Source of the DNA: an uncultured Verrucomicrobiota bacterium
GTDB lineage: Bacteria; Verrucomicrobiota; Kiritimatiellia; CAIVKH01
Reading direction: 5' to 3'
Assembly: GCA_964503335.1 (NCBI GenBank)
Contig: CAZCZZ010000010.1
Span: 2,036 to 66,035, forward strand
Length of the DNA: 64,000 nucleotides
A program made the position numbers and the translations under genes. The notes beneath the pieces are model-generated. The model had not been told where the DNA came from. It was given only the letters and a program-made list of their open reading frames with translations, and searched no databases. Shown here one piece after another: positions 1-9,050 of this stretch (positions are counted from its first letter, which is position 1; every line of letters begins with the position of its first letter).

Positions 1-2
1 AG

Positions 3-686
3 GTGCGGGGAACATCGTATCCCGAACCTCGCGAGGCCGCCCGATTGTGCGCCCAGGGCGGTGCACATGGATTGACGGTCCATCTCCGCGAGGACCGGCG
101 CCATATCCAGGACGACGATGTGATCGCCCTGATGAAAGCGCGCATCCTTCCGGTGAACCTGGAAATGGGAAACCACCGCGATATCGTGGCGATTGCGCTG
201 AAGCTCAAGCCTGCCGAAGTATGTCTGGTGCCGGAGCGCCGCGAGGAGTTGACCACCGAGGGCGGCTTGGACGTGGTCGGGCAACGCAAGGAACTGAAGA
301 AGACCGTCGATGCAATGCAGTCCGCAGGCATCACGGTCAGCCTGTTCATCGAGCCCGACCCGAAGCAGATCGAGGCCAGCGCTGCACTCAAGGTGCCCTA
401 TGTCGAACTGCACACGGGTGCCTACTGCGAGGCGCGCGGGGCGGACTGCCGGCGCGAGTTGAAACGACTGATCGAGGGGGCGCGCCATGCGCATGACCTG
501 CGTTTGAAGGTGAATGCGGGGCACGGCATCAACCTGTCGAACATCACCGGCATCCTCGAGATGCCGCACCTCGATACGCTGAATATCGGTCACAGCATCG
601 TGAGTCGCGCGGTGTTCGTCGGCATGAAGCAAGCGACATCTGAAATGCTGGCGGCGATGTCGAAGTACCGGGGGGGGCGGGCATGA
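3..686 (+). CDS. pdxJ: pyridoxine 5'-phosphate synthase PdxJ (5'-truncated by window edge)
   Basis: Translation carries HLREDRRHI, NLEM, CLVPERREELTTEGGLD, HTGAY and NAGHGIN blocks typical of PdxJ. The stop overlaps the next start (ATGA). Confidence 0.9.
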   Translation: MRGTSYPEPREAARLCAQGGAHGLTVHLREDRRHIQDDDVIALMKARILPVNLEMGNHRDIVAIALKLKPAEVCLVPERREELTTEGGLDVVGQRKELKKTVDAMQSAGITVSLFIEPDPKQIEASAALKVPYVELHTGAYCEARGADCRRELKRLIEGARHAHDLRLKVNAGHGINLSNITGILEMPHLDTLNIGHSIVSRAVFVGMKQATSEMLAAMSKYRGGRA

Positions 687-1093
687 ACATCCCAGTTCTC
701 GGCATTGGCATCGATTTGGTCGAAAATGCGCGCATCCGTGAATCGCTCGAGAAATTCGGCGACCGTTTCAAGCGACGCATCTTCCTTCCCTCTGAGCAGG
801 CCTACTGCGACGCGAAGGCCGATCCCGCAATCCACTACGCAGGACGCTTCGCCGCGAAGGAAGCGGTCAGCAAGGCCTTCGGCACCGGCATCGGCGCCGC
901 GCTCGGCTGGTGCGACATCGAGATCGTGAAACGCGACGGAAGTGGCGAGCCGCTGGTTCATCTCCATGGCGGCGGCGAAGAGCTCTTGAAATCGCGCGGA
1001 GGCAGCCGGGTCCTCGTGAGCCTGACGCATACGAAAGACTACTCGGCCGCGCAGGCCGTTCTGCTGCGCAAACAGGAAATCGGGAATCCATGA
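683..1093 (+). CDS. acpS: holo-[acyl-carrier-protein] synthase (4'-phosphopantetheinyl transferase)
   Basis: 136 aa with an N-terminal GIGIDLVE motif and a FAAKEA(V)SKA block. pdxJ-acpS is a common gene pair. ATGA overlaps on both sides. Confidence 0.85.
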   Translation: MNIPVLGIGIDLVENARIRESLEKFGDRFKRRIFLPSEQAYCDAKADPAIHYAGRFAAKEAVSKAFGTGIGAALGWCDIEIVKRDGSGEPLVHLHGGGEELLKSRGGSRVLVSLTHTKDYSAAQAVLLRKQEIGNP

Positions 1094-2661
1094 AGATTGT
1101 AACGTCGGCACAGATGCGTGAACTCGATCGCCGAACCGTCGAGGAAGGCGGGATCAAGAGCGAGATGCTCATGGATCGTGCGGGTGAAGTTGTTGCGCAT
1201 TCGGTGCGGCGACTTGCCGAGCTCGCCGGACTCACCAACCCGTTCGTGCTGCTGATCGCAGGGCGGGGCAACAACGGAGGCGATGCGTTTGTCGCCGCGC
1301 GCTTCCTCAAGTCCTACGGCTTCGACATCGAGGTGTGGCTTGCGGCCAGCGATGACCAGGTGCGCGGTGACGCGCTGCTCATGCTGAGTCGCATGAAGGC
1401 TGCGGACATTCCGCTCCGTGAAATGGCCACGATGGACGACTGGCAGGACGCGATGAAGGATCCGTTCGCACCCGAGATCATCGTTGACGGTATTCTCGGC
1501 ACGGGAATCACCGGCCCGGCCCGCGGGCCTGCCGCGGGCGCAATCCAGTACATCCGGGCGCGGTCGGATGACGCCTTGATCCTGTCGATCGACGTTCCCT
1601 CGGGCCTGAATGCAGATACCGGTTCGGTCGAGGGCGATGCCGTGCAGGCTGATGTAACGGTCACCATGGGGCTACCTAAGAAGGGCTTGGTGCATTCTTC
1701 CGCGGTGGATTACGTGGGATCGCTCGACGTGGCTGACATCGGGATCCCGCCCGAATACGTCACGGACGTGCTTGAGGAAGATGCGCCGGAGTACATCTAT
1801 CTCACCGACTTGAAACCGCTTTTCAAACGCCGGAAGCGAGTTTCCCACAAGGGCGACTACGGTCATGTCGTATTGATCGGCGGCTCACAGTCGATGTCGG
1901 GTTCCATCACGCTTGCCGCGCGGGCTGCGCTTCGCTCCGGCGCTGGACTGGTTAGCGTGATCACACCGATCGGCATCGCGCAGCTCGTGGCGGCGGCTGT
2001 TCCTGAAGCGCTGGTGTATGGGACTGACGAAACAAAAGAGGGTGCAATTTCCTTCTCCATGTGGAGCGCATGGAAGAACAAGCTCGATCTCTTTGACGCA
2101 ATCCTCATTGGGCCGGGGCTGACGCGCGGGCCGGACGCCCTGAACATCGTTCGCTCAATCGTGCGTGAAGCGAGCGTGCCCGTCGTGGTCGATGCCGACG
2201 CCATCAGCGTGCTGGCGGGCCAGCCCGACTACTTCGAGAAGGCGCGCAAGTCCACCGTACTGACTCCGCATCCCGGTGAAATGGCCACGCTGGCCGGCAT
2301 CGAGGTCGCCGAGGTCGAAGCCGACCGCTGTGGCGTGGCGTCCGGCGTCGCTGCCCGCACAAACGGCGTTGTGATTCTCAAAGGCGCCGGCACAGTCGTC
2401 GCGCAAAGCGGTCGGCAACCTCACATCAATCTGACCGGGAACCCGGGCATGGCCACCGCCGGCTCCGGCGATGTGCTTGCAGGCATTCTCACAGGACTCA
2501 TCGGCCAGGGCTTCGCGCTATTCGACGCAGCACGCGCCGCCGTTTACCTGCATGGACGCGCCGGCGACATCGTCGCGCTCCGCAAATCGCAGGCTTCCCT
2601 GATCGCCGGCGACCTCATCGACGAACTCCCCTTCGCCTATCGCGAAGTCAGCATGAGGTAG
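1090..2661 (+). CDS. nnr: bifunctional NAD(P)H-hydrate repair enzyme (epimerase/ADP-dependent dehydratase)
   Basis: The ATG at 1090 overlaps the acpS stop, so the ORF-track start at 910 is an upstream extension. N-terminal YjeF_N motif GRGNNGGDAFV; C-terminal kinase-like GPGL ... GSGDVLAG. Confidence 0.85.
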   Translation: MKIVTSAQMRELDRRTVEEGGIKSEMLMDRAGEVVAHSVRRLAELAGLTNPFVLLIAGRGNNGGDAFVAARFLKSYGFDIEVWLAASDDQVRGDALLMLSRMKAADIPLREMATMDDWQDAMKDPFAPEIIVDGILGTGITGPARGPAAGAIQYIRARSDDALILSIDVPSGLNADTGSVEGDAVQADVTVTMGLPKKGLVHSSAVDYVGSLDVADIGIPPEYVTDVLEEDAPEYIYLTDLKPLFKRRKRVSHKGDYGHVVLIGGSQSMSGSITLAARAALRSGAGLVSVITPIGIAQLVAAAVPEALVYGTDETKEGAISFSMWSAWKNKLDLFDAILIGPGLTRGPDALNIVRSIVREASVPVVVDADAISVLAGQPDYFEKARKSTVLTPHPGEMATLAGIEVAEVEADRCGVASGVAARTNGVVILKGAGTVVAQSGRQPHINLTGNPGMATAGSGDVLAGILTGLIGQGFALFDAARAAVYLHGRAGDIVALRKSQASLIAGDLIDELPFAYREVSMR

Positions 2662-2666
2662 GACGG

Positions 2667-2728
2667 GAATGGTTAAGGGTTGATGGTTGATGATCGGAAA
2701 CCATGAACCATTAACCATCAACCATTCG
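2667..2728. repeat. long imperfect inverted repeat (about 22-bp arms, GGTTGATGG / CCATCAACC units) just after the nnr stop
   Basis: GAATGGTTAAGGGTTGATGGTT (2667-2688) pairs with AACCATTAACCATCAACCATTC (2707-2728), 19/22 by eye. No T-run follows, so it may be a terminator or a REP-like element. Confidence 0.5.
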
Positions 2729-2834
2729 CCCTGTCGTCTATCCCGTTGCCAGTCAAACTGTTGCATGCATTGACTCTGTCACCCTTCTGCCCGAGCATCA
2801 TCGGCTTCTTGCATAGAGCAGCCTAAGTCGTTGC

Positions 2835-2965
2835 GCCTTCCTGTGCGACGACGCGGGGGAACCAGTACCACCGGTGAAGTCCGGAGGATGGGGCGAAGAG
2901 TGCGGTGAACCCGCAGTCAGGTCACTTCCAAGACCCAGCCCGTCAGCTAACCTCGTAGGCCCTTG
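2835..2965 (+). promoter_or_regulatory. ydaO-yuaA type (c-di-AMP) riboswitch
   Basis: Conserved blocks CGGGGGAACCA, CCGGTGAAGTCCGG, GGGGCGAAG, GCGGTGAACCCGC and CCCAGCCCGTCAGCTAACCTCGTAGGC. Located in the 5' leader of an APC permease. Boundaries are approximate. Confidence 0.7.
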
Positions 2966-3038
2966 GGAGGGCGAATCACAGTCCCGCCGCGTGGCGGTGC
3001 TCTGTTCCCCGTGAGTGGTCTGGCGACGGGAGAACATC

Positions 3039-4988
3039 ATGAAACCGGGTTTCCTGAGGTCGGTACTGTTTGGTCGTGCGCGTGACCTTTCGGACCAGCG
3101 ACTCTTCCACAAGGTCTCGCTTGTGGCGGTGCTGGCCTGGGTGGGACTGGGTGCCGACGGGTTGTCGTCGTCATGCTATGGCCCCGAGGAAACCTTCAAG
3201 GCCCTGGGTTCGCATACCGCGCTCAGCGTCATTGTCGCGCTCGCGTGCGTGACGACCATTGTCGTCATCTGCGCCTGCTACCGACAAATCATCGAGTTGT
3301 TTCCCAGCGGCGGTGGCGGCTATCTCGTGGCGAGCAAGCTGCTGTCGCCAGCCGCCGGTGTGGTTTCGGGATCGGCACTGCTGGTGGACTATGTCCTCAC
3401 GATCTCGATCTCCGTAGCCAGTGGCGCTGACGCGTTGTTCTCCCTGCTGTCGCCGGAATGGCAAACGTGGAAGCTAACCTTCGGCTGCGCAGGCATCGGT
3501 GTCCTTACCTTGTTGAACATGCGCGGTGTGCGTGAATCTGTGCTGCTCTGGGTTCCCGTCTTCCTTCTTTTCGTCGGCACACACGCGTTTGCGATCCTGA
3601 TCGGTGTCCTGAGCCATGTCGGAGACCTACCCGCGATCGTGGCCGAGACGGCTTCCGATCTGGGTGAGACCCGACAAACGCTTGGCTGGGCCGGACTGAT
3701 GGGGCTGTTGCTGACCGCCTACAGCATGGGTGCGGGTACGTACACCGGAATCGAAGCCGTAAGCAACGGCCTGCCGATTCTGCGCGAGCCGCGTGCCGAG
3801 ACCGGCAAACGAACGATGACCTACATGGGAGCTTCCCTTGCAATCACCGTGTTCGGCCTGCTCCTGGCCTATCTGCTCTATGACGTCGAGCATGTGGCAG
3901 GGAAGACGTTGAACGCCGTGCTTTTCACGGCGATCACGGCGAGCTGGCCTGAAGGTTGGGGTGCGAGATTCGTGGAGGCGAGTATGCTGTCAGCCACGGC
4001 GCTGCTCTTCATTGCTGCGCAGGCGGGCTTCCTTGACGGGCCGCGCGTGCTCGCCAGCATGGCGCTCGATCGCTGGTTCCCTTCGCGCTTCGCTACGCTC
4101 AGCGACCGCTTTGTCACGCAGAACGGCATCCTGCTCATGGGTGTCGCCGCGCTTCTGTGCCTTATGGCTACGAAGGGCGCGGTTGGACTCCTGGTCGTCC
4201 TCTACAGCATCAACGTCTTCATCACGTTCACGCTCTCGCAGTTGGGCATGGTGAAGCACTGGTGGACGCATCGCGCGTCCACGCCGCGTTGGAGGAGCAA
4301 ATTGGCCATCAACGGCGTCGGGCTGGTGCTCTGCGGTTTCATTCTCGTCGCACTCGTGCGCGTCAAGTTCTGGGAAGGCGGCTGGGTTACCCTCGTGGTC
4401 ACGGGCGCCGTGGTCCTGCTGGCTTTCGTCGTGAAGCGTCACTACCGGACCAGCGTCACTGACCTGAAACGACTCGACGTCCTCGTCACGGCCAGTGAAG
4501 GACCTCAACCCGTGCATGCGCCACGGGCCACGAAAGGCCGGACAGCGATTGTATTCGTCAATGGTTTCAACGGCCTTGGCCTGCACACGTTTTACGGAAT
4601 CCTGCGGATGTTCCCGGATACATTCGGACATTTTGTCTTTGTCCAGGTTGGCATTGTGGACGCCGGAAGCTTCAAAGGCGTGGCTGAGATTGAACGACTG
4701 CGACAGGAGTCGGCGCTCGGCGCCCGGCGCTATGTCGACCTCGCCTTACGCAGTGGATTCACCGCCGAATGCGTCTGCGACGTCAGCCACGACCTGCTCG
4801 GGAAGATCGAAGACCTCGCCGAGGATCTACTGAAACGACATCCCGGGGCTGTCCTTTTCGGCGGCCAGATCGCGTTTCGAAAGGAGACCTTCTGGACCCG
4901 CTGGCTCCACAACTATGTCGTCTTCTCGCTCCAGCGCATCTTCTGCAGAACCGGCGTTCCCTTCGTCATCGTTCCTGCCAGGGTGTGA
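3039..4988 (+). CDS. APC-superfamily permease, KimA-like candidate K+ importer
   Basis: About 650 aa and multi-TM, with GADGLSSSCYGPEE near the N-terminus and a soluble C-terminal domain. ATG at 3039 is preceded by GGGAGAA. Sits directly downstream of the ydaO-type riboswitch. Confidence 0.7.
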   Translation: MKPGFLRSVLFGRARDLSDQRLFHKVSLVAVLAWVGLGADGLSSSCYGPEETFKALGSHTALSVIVALACVTTIVVICACYRQIIELFPSGGGGYLVASKLLSPAAGVVSGSALLVDYVLTISISVASGADALFSLLSPEWQTWKLTFGCAGIGVLTLLNMRGVRESVLLWVPVFLLFVGTHAFAILIGVLSHVGDLPAIVAETASDLGETRQTLGWAGLMGLLLTAYSMGAGTYTGIEAVSNGLPILREPRAETGKRTMTYMGASLAITVFGLLLAYLLYDVEHVAGKTLNAVLFTAITASWPEGWGARFVEASMLSATALLFIAAQAGFLDGPRVLASMALDRWFPSRFATLSDRFVTQNGILLMGVAALLCLMATKGAVGLLVVLYSINVFITFTLSQLGMVKHWWTHRASTPRWRSKLAINGVGLVLCGFILVALVRVKFWEGGWVTLVVTGAVVLLAFVVKRHYRTSVTDLKRLDVLVTASEGPQPVHAPRATKGRTAIVFVNGFNGLGLHTFYGILRMFPDTFGHFVFVQVGIVDAGSFKGVAEIERLRQESALGARRYVDLALRSGFTAECVCDVSHDLLGKIEDLAEDLLKRHPGAVLFGGQIAFRKETFWTRWLHNYVVFSLQRIFCRTGVPFVIVPARV

Positions 4989-5036
4989 TACTTTTTAAGA
5001 GTGACGCCGCAGCCGCTGGGCCATACAGGTGAATGC

Positions 5037-5465
5037 ATGAAGGCGATTCTTCGATGGGGAGCACTGGCCGTGGCCGTTTGGGTCGCTGCGGCGATTGTGC
5101 CTGGAATTCAATACGATGACTGGCAAAGCCTTCTGATTGCCGCACTGGTGCTCGGTGTATTGAACACGTTGGTTAAACCACTCCTTCAACTGCTGGCGCT
5201 TCCGTTCATTATTCTCACGATGGGACTCTTCCTCGTCGTGACCAACGCGGTCGTACTTCTTTTGACGTCCTGGCTGGTTTCAGGCTTCCACGTCTCCGGC
5301 TTCTGGTCAGCCGCAGGTGGCAGCCTGGTGATAAGTATCCTGAGCCTCTTCCTCGGTCAACCACCCGGCAGAAGCGGAGGCCTCATGGTCGAACGTGTCG
5401 AGACCCTGAACGTCGGGTTAAGACGCGGCCCTCCGCCCGGCAAGGGGAAGATCATCGACGTGTAG
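5037..5465 (+). CDS. DUF360 / phage-holin-family-IV-like small membrane protein
   Basis: 4-TM protein with LNTLVKPLLQLLALPFIILTMGLF and a GFHVSGFW block typical of the YvlD/DUF360 family. Confidence 0.65.
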   Translation: MKAILRWGALAVAVWVAAAIVPGIQYDDWQSLLIAALVLGVLNTLVKPLLQLLALPFIILTMGLFLVVTNAVVLLLTSWLVSGFHVSGFWSAAGGSLVISILSLFLGQPPGRSGGLMVERVETLNVGLRRGPPPGKGKIIDV

Positions 5466-5511
5466 ACATTCGTCGCATGAATCGCCTGCCACCCGAAGGC
5501 TTTGGGAAGGG

Positions 5512-5560
5512 TGGAGCCAGTTGTCGGACTCGAACCGACGACCTGCTGATTACAAATCAG
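5512..5560 (-). repeat. attL: orphan copy of the 3' half of tRNA-Thr (49 bp, identical to 63052-63100)
   Basis: TGGAGCCAGTTGTCGGACTCGAACCGACGACCTGCTGATTACAAATCAG is present at both sites. Here it lacks the D-arm/acceptor 5' half. Confidence 0.95.
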
Positions 5561-5662
5561 ACAACAATTTTGTAAAATCATGAACAAAATGCTGTACTCC
5601 GACTCGCGTGGTGCAAATATGGTGCATGGTTGTGTGCACTAATCAGTATGGAATGAGACCGT

Positions 5663-6934
5663 ATGGGACGCATTAGGGGTGATGCCAAAAGGAAGCGTGG
5701 ACGCAAGTTCGCCTGGCCACGGATCCGGACGGAGGTCCTTCCGTCTGGAAGAAAGAGTTTTAGGGTGGATGCCGGATTCCGTGTGCGGCTTGTCGGCGGC
5801 GTGAAGGAGAGATTTCGCGACGTGAGGCGTTGCGCCACTATCGAGGAAGCAGAGGCGGAGGCGGCGTCGCTGCGGGCAGAGCGAGGCGCGAGGCGGGTGG
5901 CGGAGCAGTTCGACCGCCAGAATAGGGCTGTTAGCCTCACGGGGTTATCTGATGCCCAACGAGCAGACGTTTTGGCCGCCTTGCGCGTTTTGGATGGCAC
6001 GAAGGGGTCTCTTGAGGGTTCGGTTCGGTTCTGGAAGAAACATGCCGCTCCCGCGAACGCTAGGACGTGCTCTGAAGTTCTCAACGAACTCCTGCAATCC
6101 GCTCGAATGGCAAATCGCCGTGAAAGGACGATTTCTGAGCTTGAAGGCAAGCTGGGTGCCTTCTGTGGTTCTTTTGGGAAGGAACAGGTCGCCAGCATCA
6201 CAACCTCTGACATTTCGACGTGGCTGGACAAGCGAACCGGGGAATTGGCCCCGCGAAGTCGTGCAGCCTATCGCCAAAGCCTCAATCGATTCTTTTCATT
6301 CGCCGCCCGCCGAAATTACCGGGACGGAAACCCCGTGTTGGCCATCGAGAAGCCCACAATCGAAGCGCCGCCCCCCGAGGTGTTCACGCCGCGCGAAGTC
6401 ATGCGATTACTTGTGGCTGCCCAGCGGACGGATGCCGCGATGATTCCCTATTATGCACTGGGGCTCTTCGCGGGCCTCCGCACGGAGAACGAATTGAGGG
6501 GCATGGACTGGCGACGGATCGATGTTGCTGCCCGAACGATCGAAGTGACTGCGGCAAGTGCAAAGAAGCGCAGGCAGCGCTATGTGGACATGGCGGACAA
6601 TCTTCTTGAGTGGATTCTCCCGCACCGCCGGGAGTCCGGACCGATCCACTACAGCCGCTTGAAGCACCGCGCGATCGTGGCGAAGGCGAGACTCATATGG
6701 ACTCGCAACGTGATGAGGCACAGCTTCGCATCATATCACTTGGCAGCGCATAATGATGCGGCCAAGACAGCGCTTGCTCTCGGACACCCTCACGGTGTCG
6801 AAGTCCTATTCTCACACTACAGGAAGATGGTCCGGTCAGACGTGGCCGCAAAGTTCTGGAAGATCAGTCCGAAAGTGAAGAAGGCGCGGCAGGCCAAAGT
6901 GAAGGGCAAGATCCTGCAGTTGCGCACCGCATAA
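5663..6934 (+). CDS. int: tyrosine-type site-specific integrase
   Basis: 423 aa. The C-terminal catalytic region has GLRTENELRG (Arg), MRHSFASY (His-x-x-Arg), LGH and SHY (Tyr). Lies about 100 bp from attL. Confidence 0.9.
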   Translation: MGRIRGDAKRKRGRKFAWPRIRTEVLPSGRKSFRVDAGFRVRLVGGVKERFRDVRRCATIEEAEAEAASLRAERGARRVAEQFDRQNRAVSLTGLSDAQRADVLAALRVLDGTKGSLEGSVRFWKKHAAPANARTCSEVLNELLQSARMANRRERTISELEGKLGAFCGSFGKEQVASITTSDISTWLDKRTGELAPRSRAAYRQSLNRFFSFAARRNYRDGNPVLAIEKPTIEAPPPEVFTPREVMRLLVAAQRTDAAMIPYYALGLFAGLRTENELRGMDWRRIDVAARTIEVTAASAKKRRQRYVDMADNLLEWILPHRRESGPIHYSRLKHRAIVAKARLIWTRNVMRHSFASYHLAAHNDAAKTALALGHPHGVEVLFSHYRKMVRSDVAAKFWKISPKVKKARQAKVKGKILQLRTA

Positions 6935-7129
6935 GCGGTCTCCCGTAGTGGGGGTATCAGCGCTCTGCTCGAGGATCTGTTGGATGTGCGGTGGGAGGTC
7001 CGCGAGCAGTTGGTTGGAAATAGTGTATAGGTTCTCAGTGCCTTTAGCATTGTCTGCTCCGGTGGAAGTGTATCTTTTCTGCCCTCACGCTCGCTTGCAA
7101 CCTTCGCTCAAGCATTCTTGCCCATACTC

Positions 7130-7687
7130 ATGATATCTTGCGCGAAGGCGCATGACAAACGGCACACGACGATGAGGAATATGAGCAAAGGCGAGAAGCT
7201 GAACACGAAGTACGCTACGTCTGAGGATCGTCTTCGCGGGAAGCTGCCGTTTAAGCTCGTTTGGTGGGAAGAGCTGCGGGAACTGCTCCCTCCCTACGAC
7301 CACAAAGGCAGGGGACGAGTCTATGACAGCGATCGTGACGTCTATGCGTTCTTAGCCATTCTTCGCACAATCTGGGACAACAAGCCGATGCGCAACGTGA
7401 GGGGTGGAAAGTATCCGACGGTGGGCACCCTGTACCGTACGCTTTACCGGTGGGCGAGCAGCAACAACCTGCAGCGCGTTTGGCGGGCCTATCTCGACAT
7501 GCTGAAGCCAGACCATCTCCGCGCCTGGGATGCTCGATTTAGGCGCGTCGAAGGGGCCAAGAGCGAATCACGCAAGAACCTCTACTGGGTGGTGGATATG
7601 CGTCGGATCTTGGCAATTGAACTTGCTGCAAAGACCCTGAAACCACGACTGCCGTGCCCGTACTGTGAGCTGACGGGACCGAAGTAG
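7130..7687 (+). CDS. DUF4096-like protein (N-terminal DNA-binding domain of IS5/IS427-type transposases); no DDE domain
   Basis: WWEELRELLPP..KGRGRVYDSDRDVYAFLAILRT...YPTVGTLYRTLYRW...LQRVW resembles the DUF4096 consensus. The start is ambiguous (7118-7181). Confidence 0.45.
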   Translation: MISCAKAHDKRHTTMRNMSKGEKLNTKYATSEDRLRGKLPFKLVWWEELRELLPPYDHKGRGRVYDSDRDVYAFLAILRTIWDNKPMRNVRGGKYPTVGTLYRTLYRWASSNNLQRVWRAYLDMLKPDHLRAWDARFRRVEGAKSESRKNLYWVVDMRRILAIELAAKTLKPRLPCPYCELTGPK

Positions 7688-7796
7688 CCGCCGTCGCCTG
7701 CCAAACCTCCGCATTGCCCACCCTGAGCTGTTCAAACACCCTTGGAGTACCCATTTGGAACAAGTTTCATAACCCAAGGAGATTGAATGCATCGTA

Positions 7797-7814
7797 TTTG
7801 GAACGCGTTCCAAA
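7797..7814. promoter_or_regulatory. perfect 18-bp palindrome TTTGGAACGCGTTCCAAA (candidate operator)
   Basis: Seen directly. An extra half-site TTTGGAAC lies at 7754-7761. About 130 bp upstream of the ADP-ribosylglycohydrolase gene. Confidence 0.4.
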
Positions 7815-7947
7815 GACACGTAGTGACATCCTGTATCTGTGCGAAACGAGGGGAGGGGCTTCAGGTTTGCAGTCTGAGATCAGGCGGCAAAGACACCGAC
7901 CGCGCCTCACGGACCCGTTCTGAAATGCGGGGATTTCGACATTGGCC

Positions 7948-8886
7948 ATGAGGCTTGCAGTGTGGAGAATCCGACCCATGGACATGTCGGATCGCTTTCG
8001 CGGATGCCTGCTCGGCTTGGCCTGTGGCGATGCCTTAGGCACGACGGTTGAATTCAAGCAGCGCGGATCGTTTCCTAAAGTTACATCAATGGTGGGCGGC
8101 GGGCCGTTCGGGCTGGAGCCCGGCCAATGGACGGATGACACCAGCATGGCCCTGTGCCTTGCCGAGAGCCTTGTCAGCTGTGGCGGATTCGACCCCGCAG
8201 ACCAGATGCGGCGCTATGTCCAGTGGTGGAAGCAGGGGCACCTCAGCAGCACTGGGGCATGCTTTGACATCGGGGTGACGACGCGAACAGCGCTAGCGCG
8301 GTTCCAGAGTACCGGCGACCCGTTCGCCGGCTCCACGGACCCGCATTCGGCCGGCAACGGGTGCATCATGCGTTTGGCACCGGTCCCCATGTACTTCCAC
8401 GGGGATTGGACCAAGGCTGTTCAGTACTCGGGCGATAGCTCAAGAACGACTCACGGGGCGGTCGAGTGCGTTGAGGCCTCGCGGCTCTTCGGTTCCATGA
8501 TCTTCAAGGCCCTGGCCGGCCAATCCAAGGAGGAGATCCTCTTCGGTGAGCACATTCCGCCCGGTGGCAAGGAATTAACATCACCCGCCATCCGGGAGAT
8601 CGCGACTGGCGCGTACCGCGCGAAGACTGCCGAGAAGATTCAGGGTAGCGGCTATGTCGTCAGATCGCTGGAGGCCGCCCTCTGGTGCTTCTATCGAACT
8701 CACGGCTATTCCGAGGCGGTCTTGACGGCCGTGAATCTGGGCGATGACGCGGACACAACCGGCGCCATCTGCGGACAGATTGCGGGGGCGTTCTACGGGG
8801 AAGCAAGCATACCGCAGTGCTGGCGGGATGAGACTGCGATGAAGGACGCGATTGTCGGTATGGCCAACGCATCAGGCAAAGATTGA
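7948..8886 (+). CDS. ADP-ribosylglycohydrolase family protein
   Basis: DRFRGCLLGLACGDALG, WTDDTSMALCLAESL, GNGCIMRLAPV and LGDDADTTGAICGQIAGAFYG motifs. The start could be 7942, 7948 or 7978. Confidence 0.85.
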   Translation: MRLAVWRIRPMDMSDRFRGCLLGLACGDALGTTVEFKQRGSFPKVTSMVGGGPFGLEPGQWTDDTSMALCLAESLVSCGGFDPADQMRRYVQWWKQGHLSSTGACFDIGVTTRTALARFQSTGDPFAGSTDPHSAGNGCIMRLAPVPMYFHGDWTKAVQYSGDSSRTTHGAVECVEASRLFGSMIFKALAGQSKEEILFGEHIPPGGKELTSPAIREIATGAYRAKTAEKIQGSGYVVRSLEAALWCFYRTHGYSEAVLTAVNLGDDADTTGAICGQIAGAFYGEASIPQCWRDETAMKDAIVGMANASGKD

Positions 8887-9050
8887 TTGCCACCCAGCAC
8901 ATGCTCGTCCAGGTGCGGGCGTGTGTTGTGCCCCCCCCATTCTGTATGCCAATCTAATCATTACTCACGTCAAGTTTTAGGACTGATCGCAGCTTGCGCC
9001 CAGACGCCCCTCCCGATAGAAATCGACCAATACTCGATCGCCTCCAGACC

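Noticed and set aside
910-1089. Upstream extensions of track ORFs: 910 for nnr, 16053 for nurA, 18704 for PLD, 20373 for SNF2, 29273 for MTase, 44360 for the helicase, 60329 for prim-pol-like, 61365 for AAA_25, 50689 for NERD-helicase.
   Set aside because: Each extension overlaps the preceding well-supported gene in another frame. An internal ATG/GTG sits right at the upstream stop (ATGA/GTGA coupling), and the extensions have Arg/Pro-rich non-protein-like composition.
2835-2990. Possible cobalamin riboswitch or RNase P RNA, because of GGGAA..GGTGAA and GC-rich structured sequence.
   Set aside because: No B12-box (GCCACTG) and no RNase P conserved blocks (GAGGAAAGTCCGG, ACAGAACCCGGCTTA). The AGCTAACCTCGTAGGC block and the KimA-like downstream gene fit the ydaO class better.
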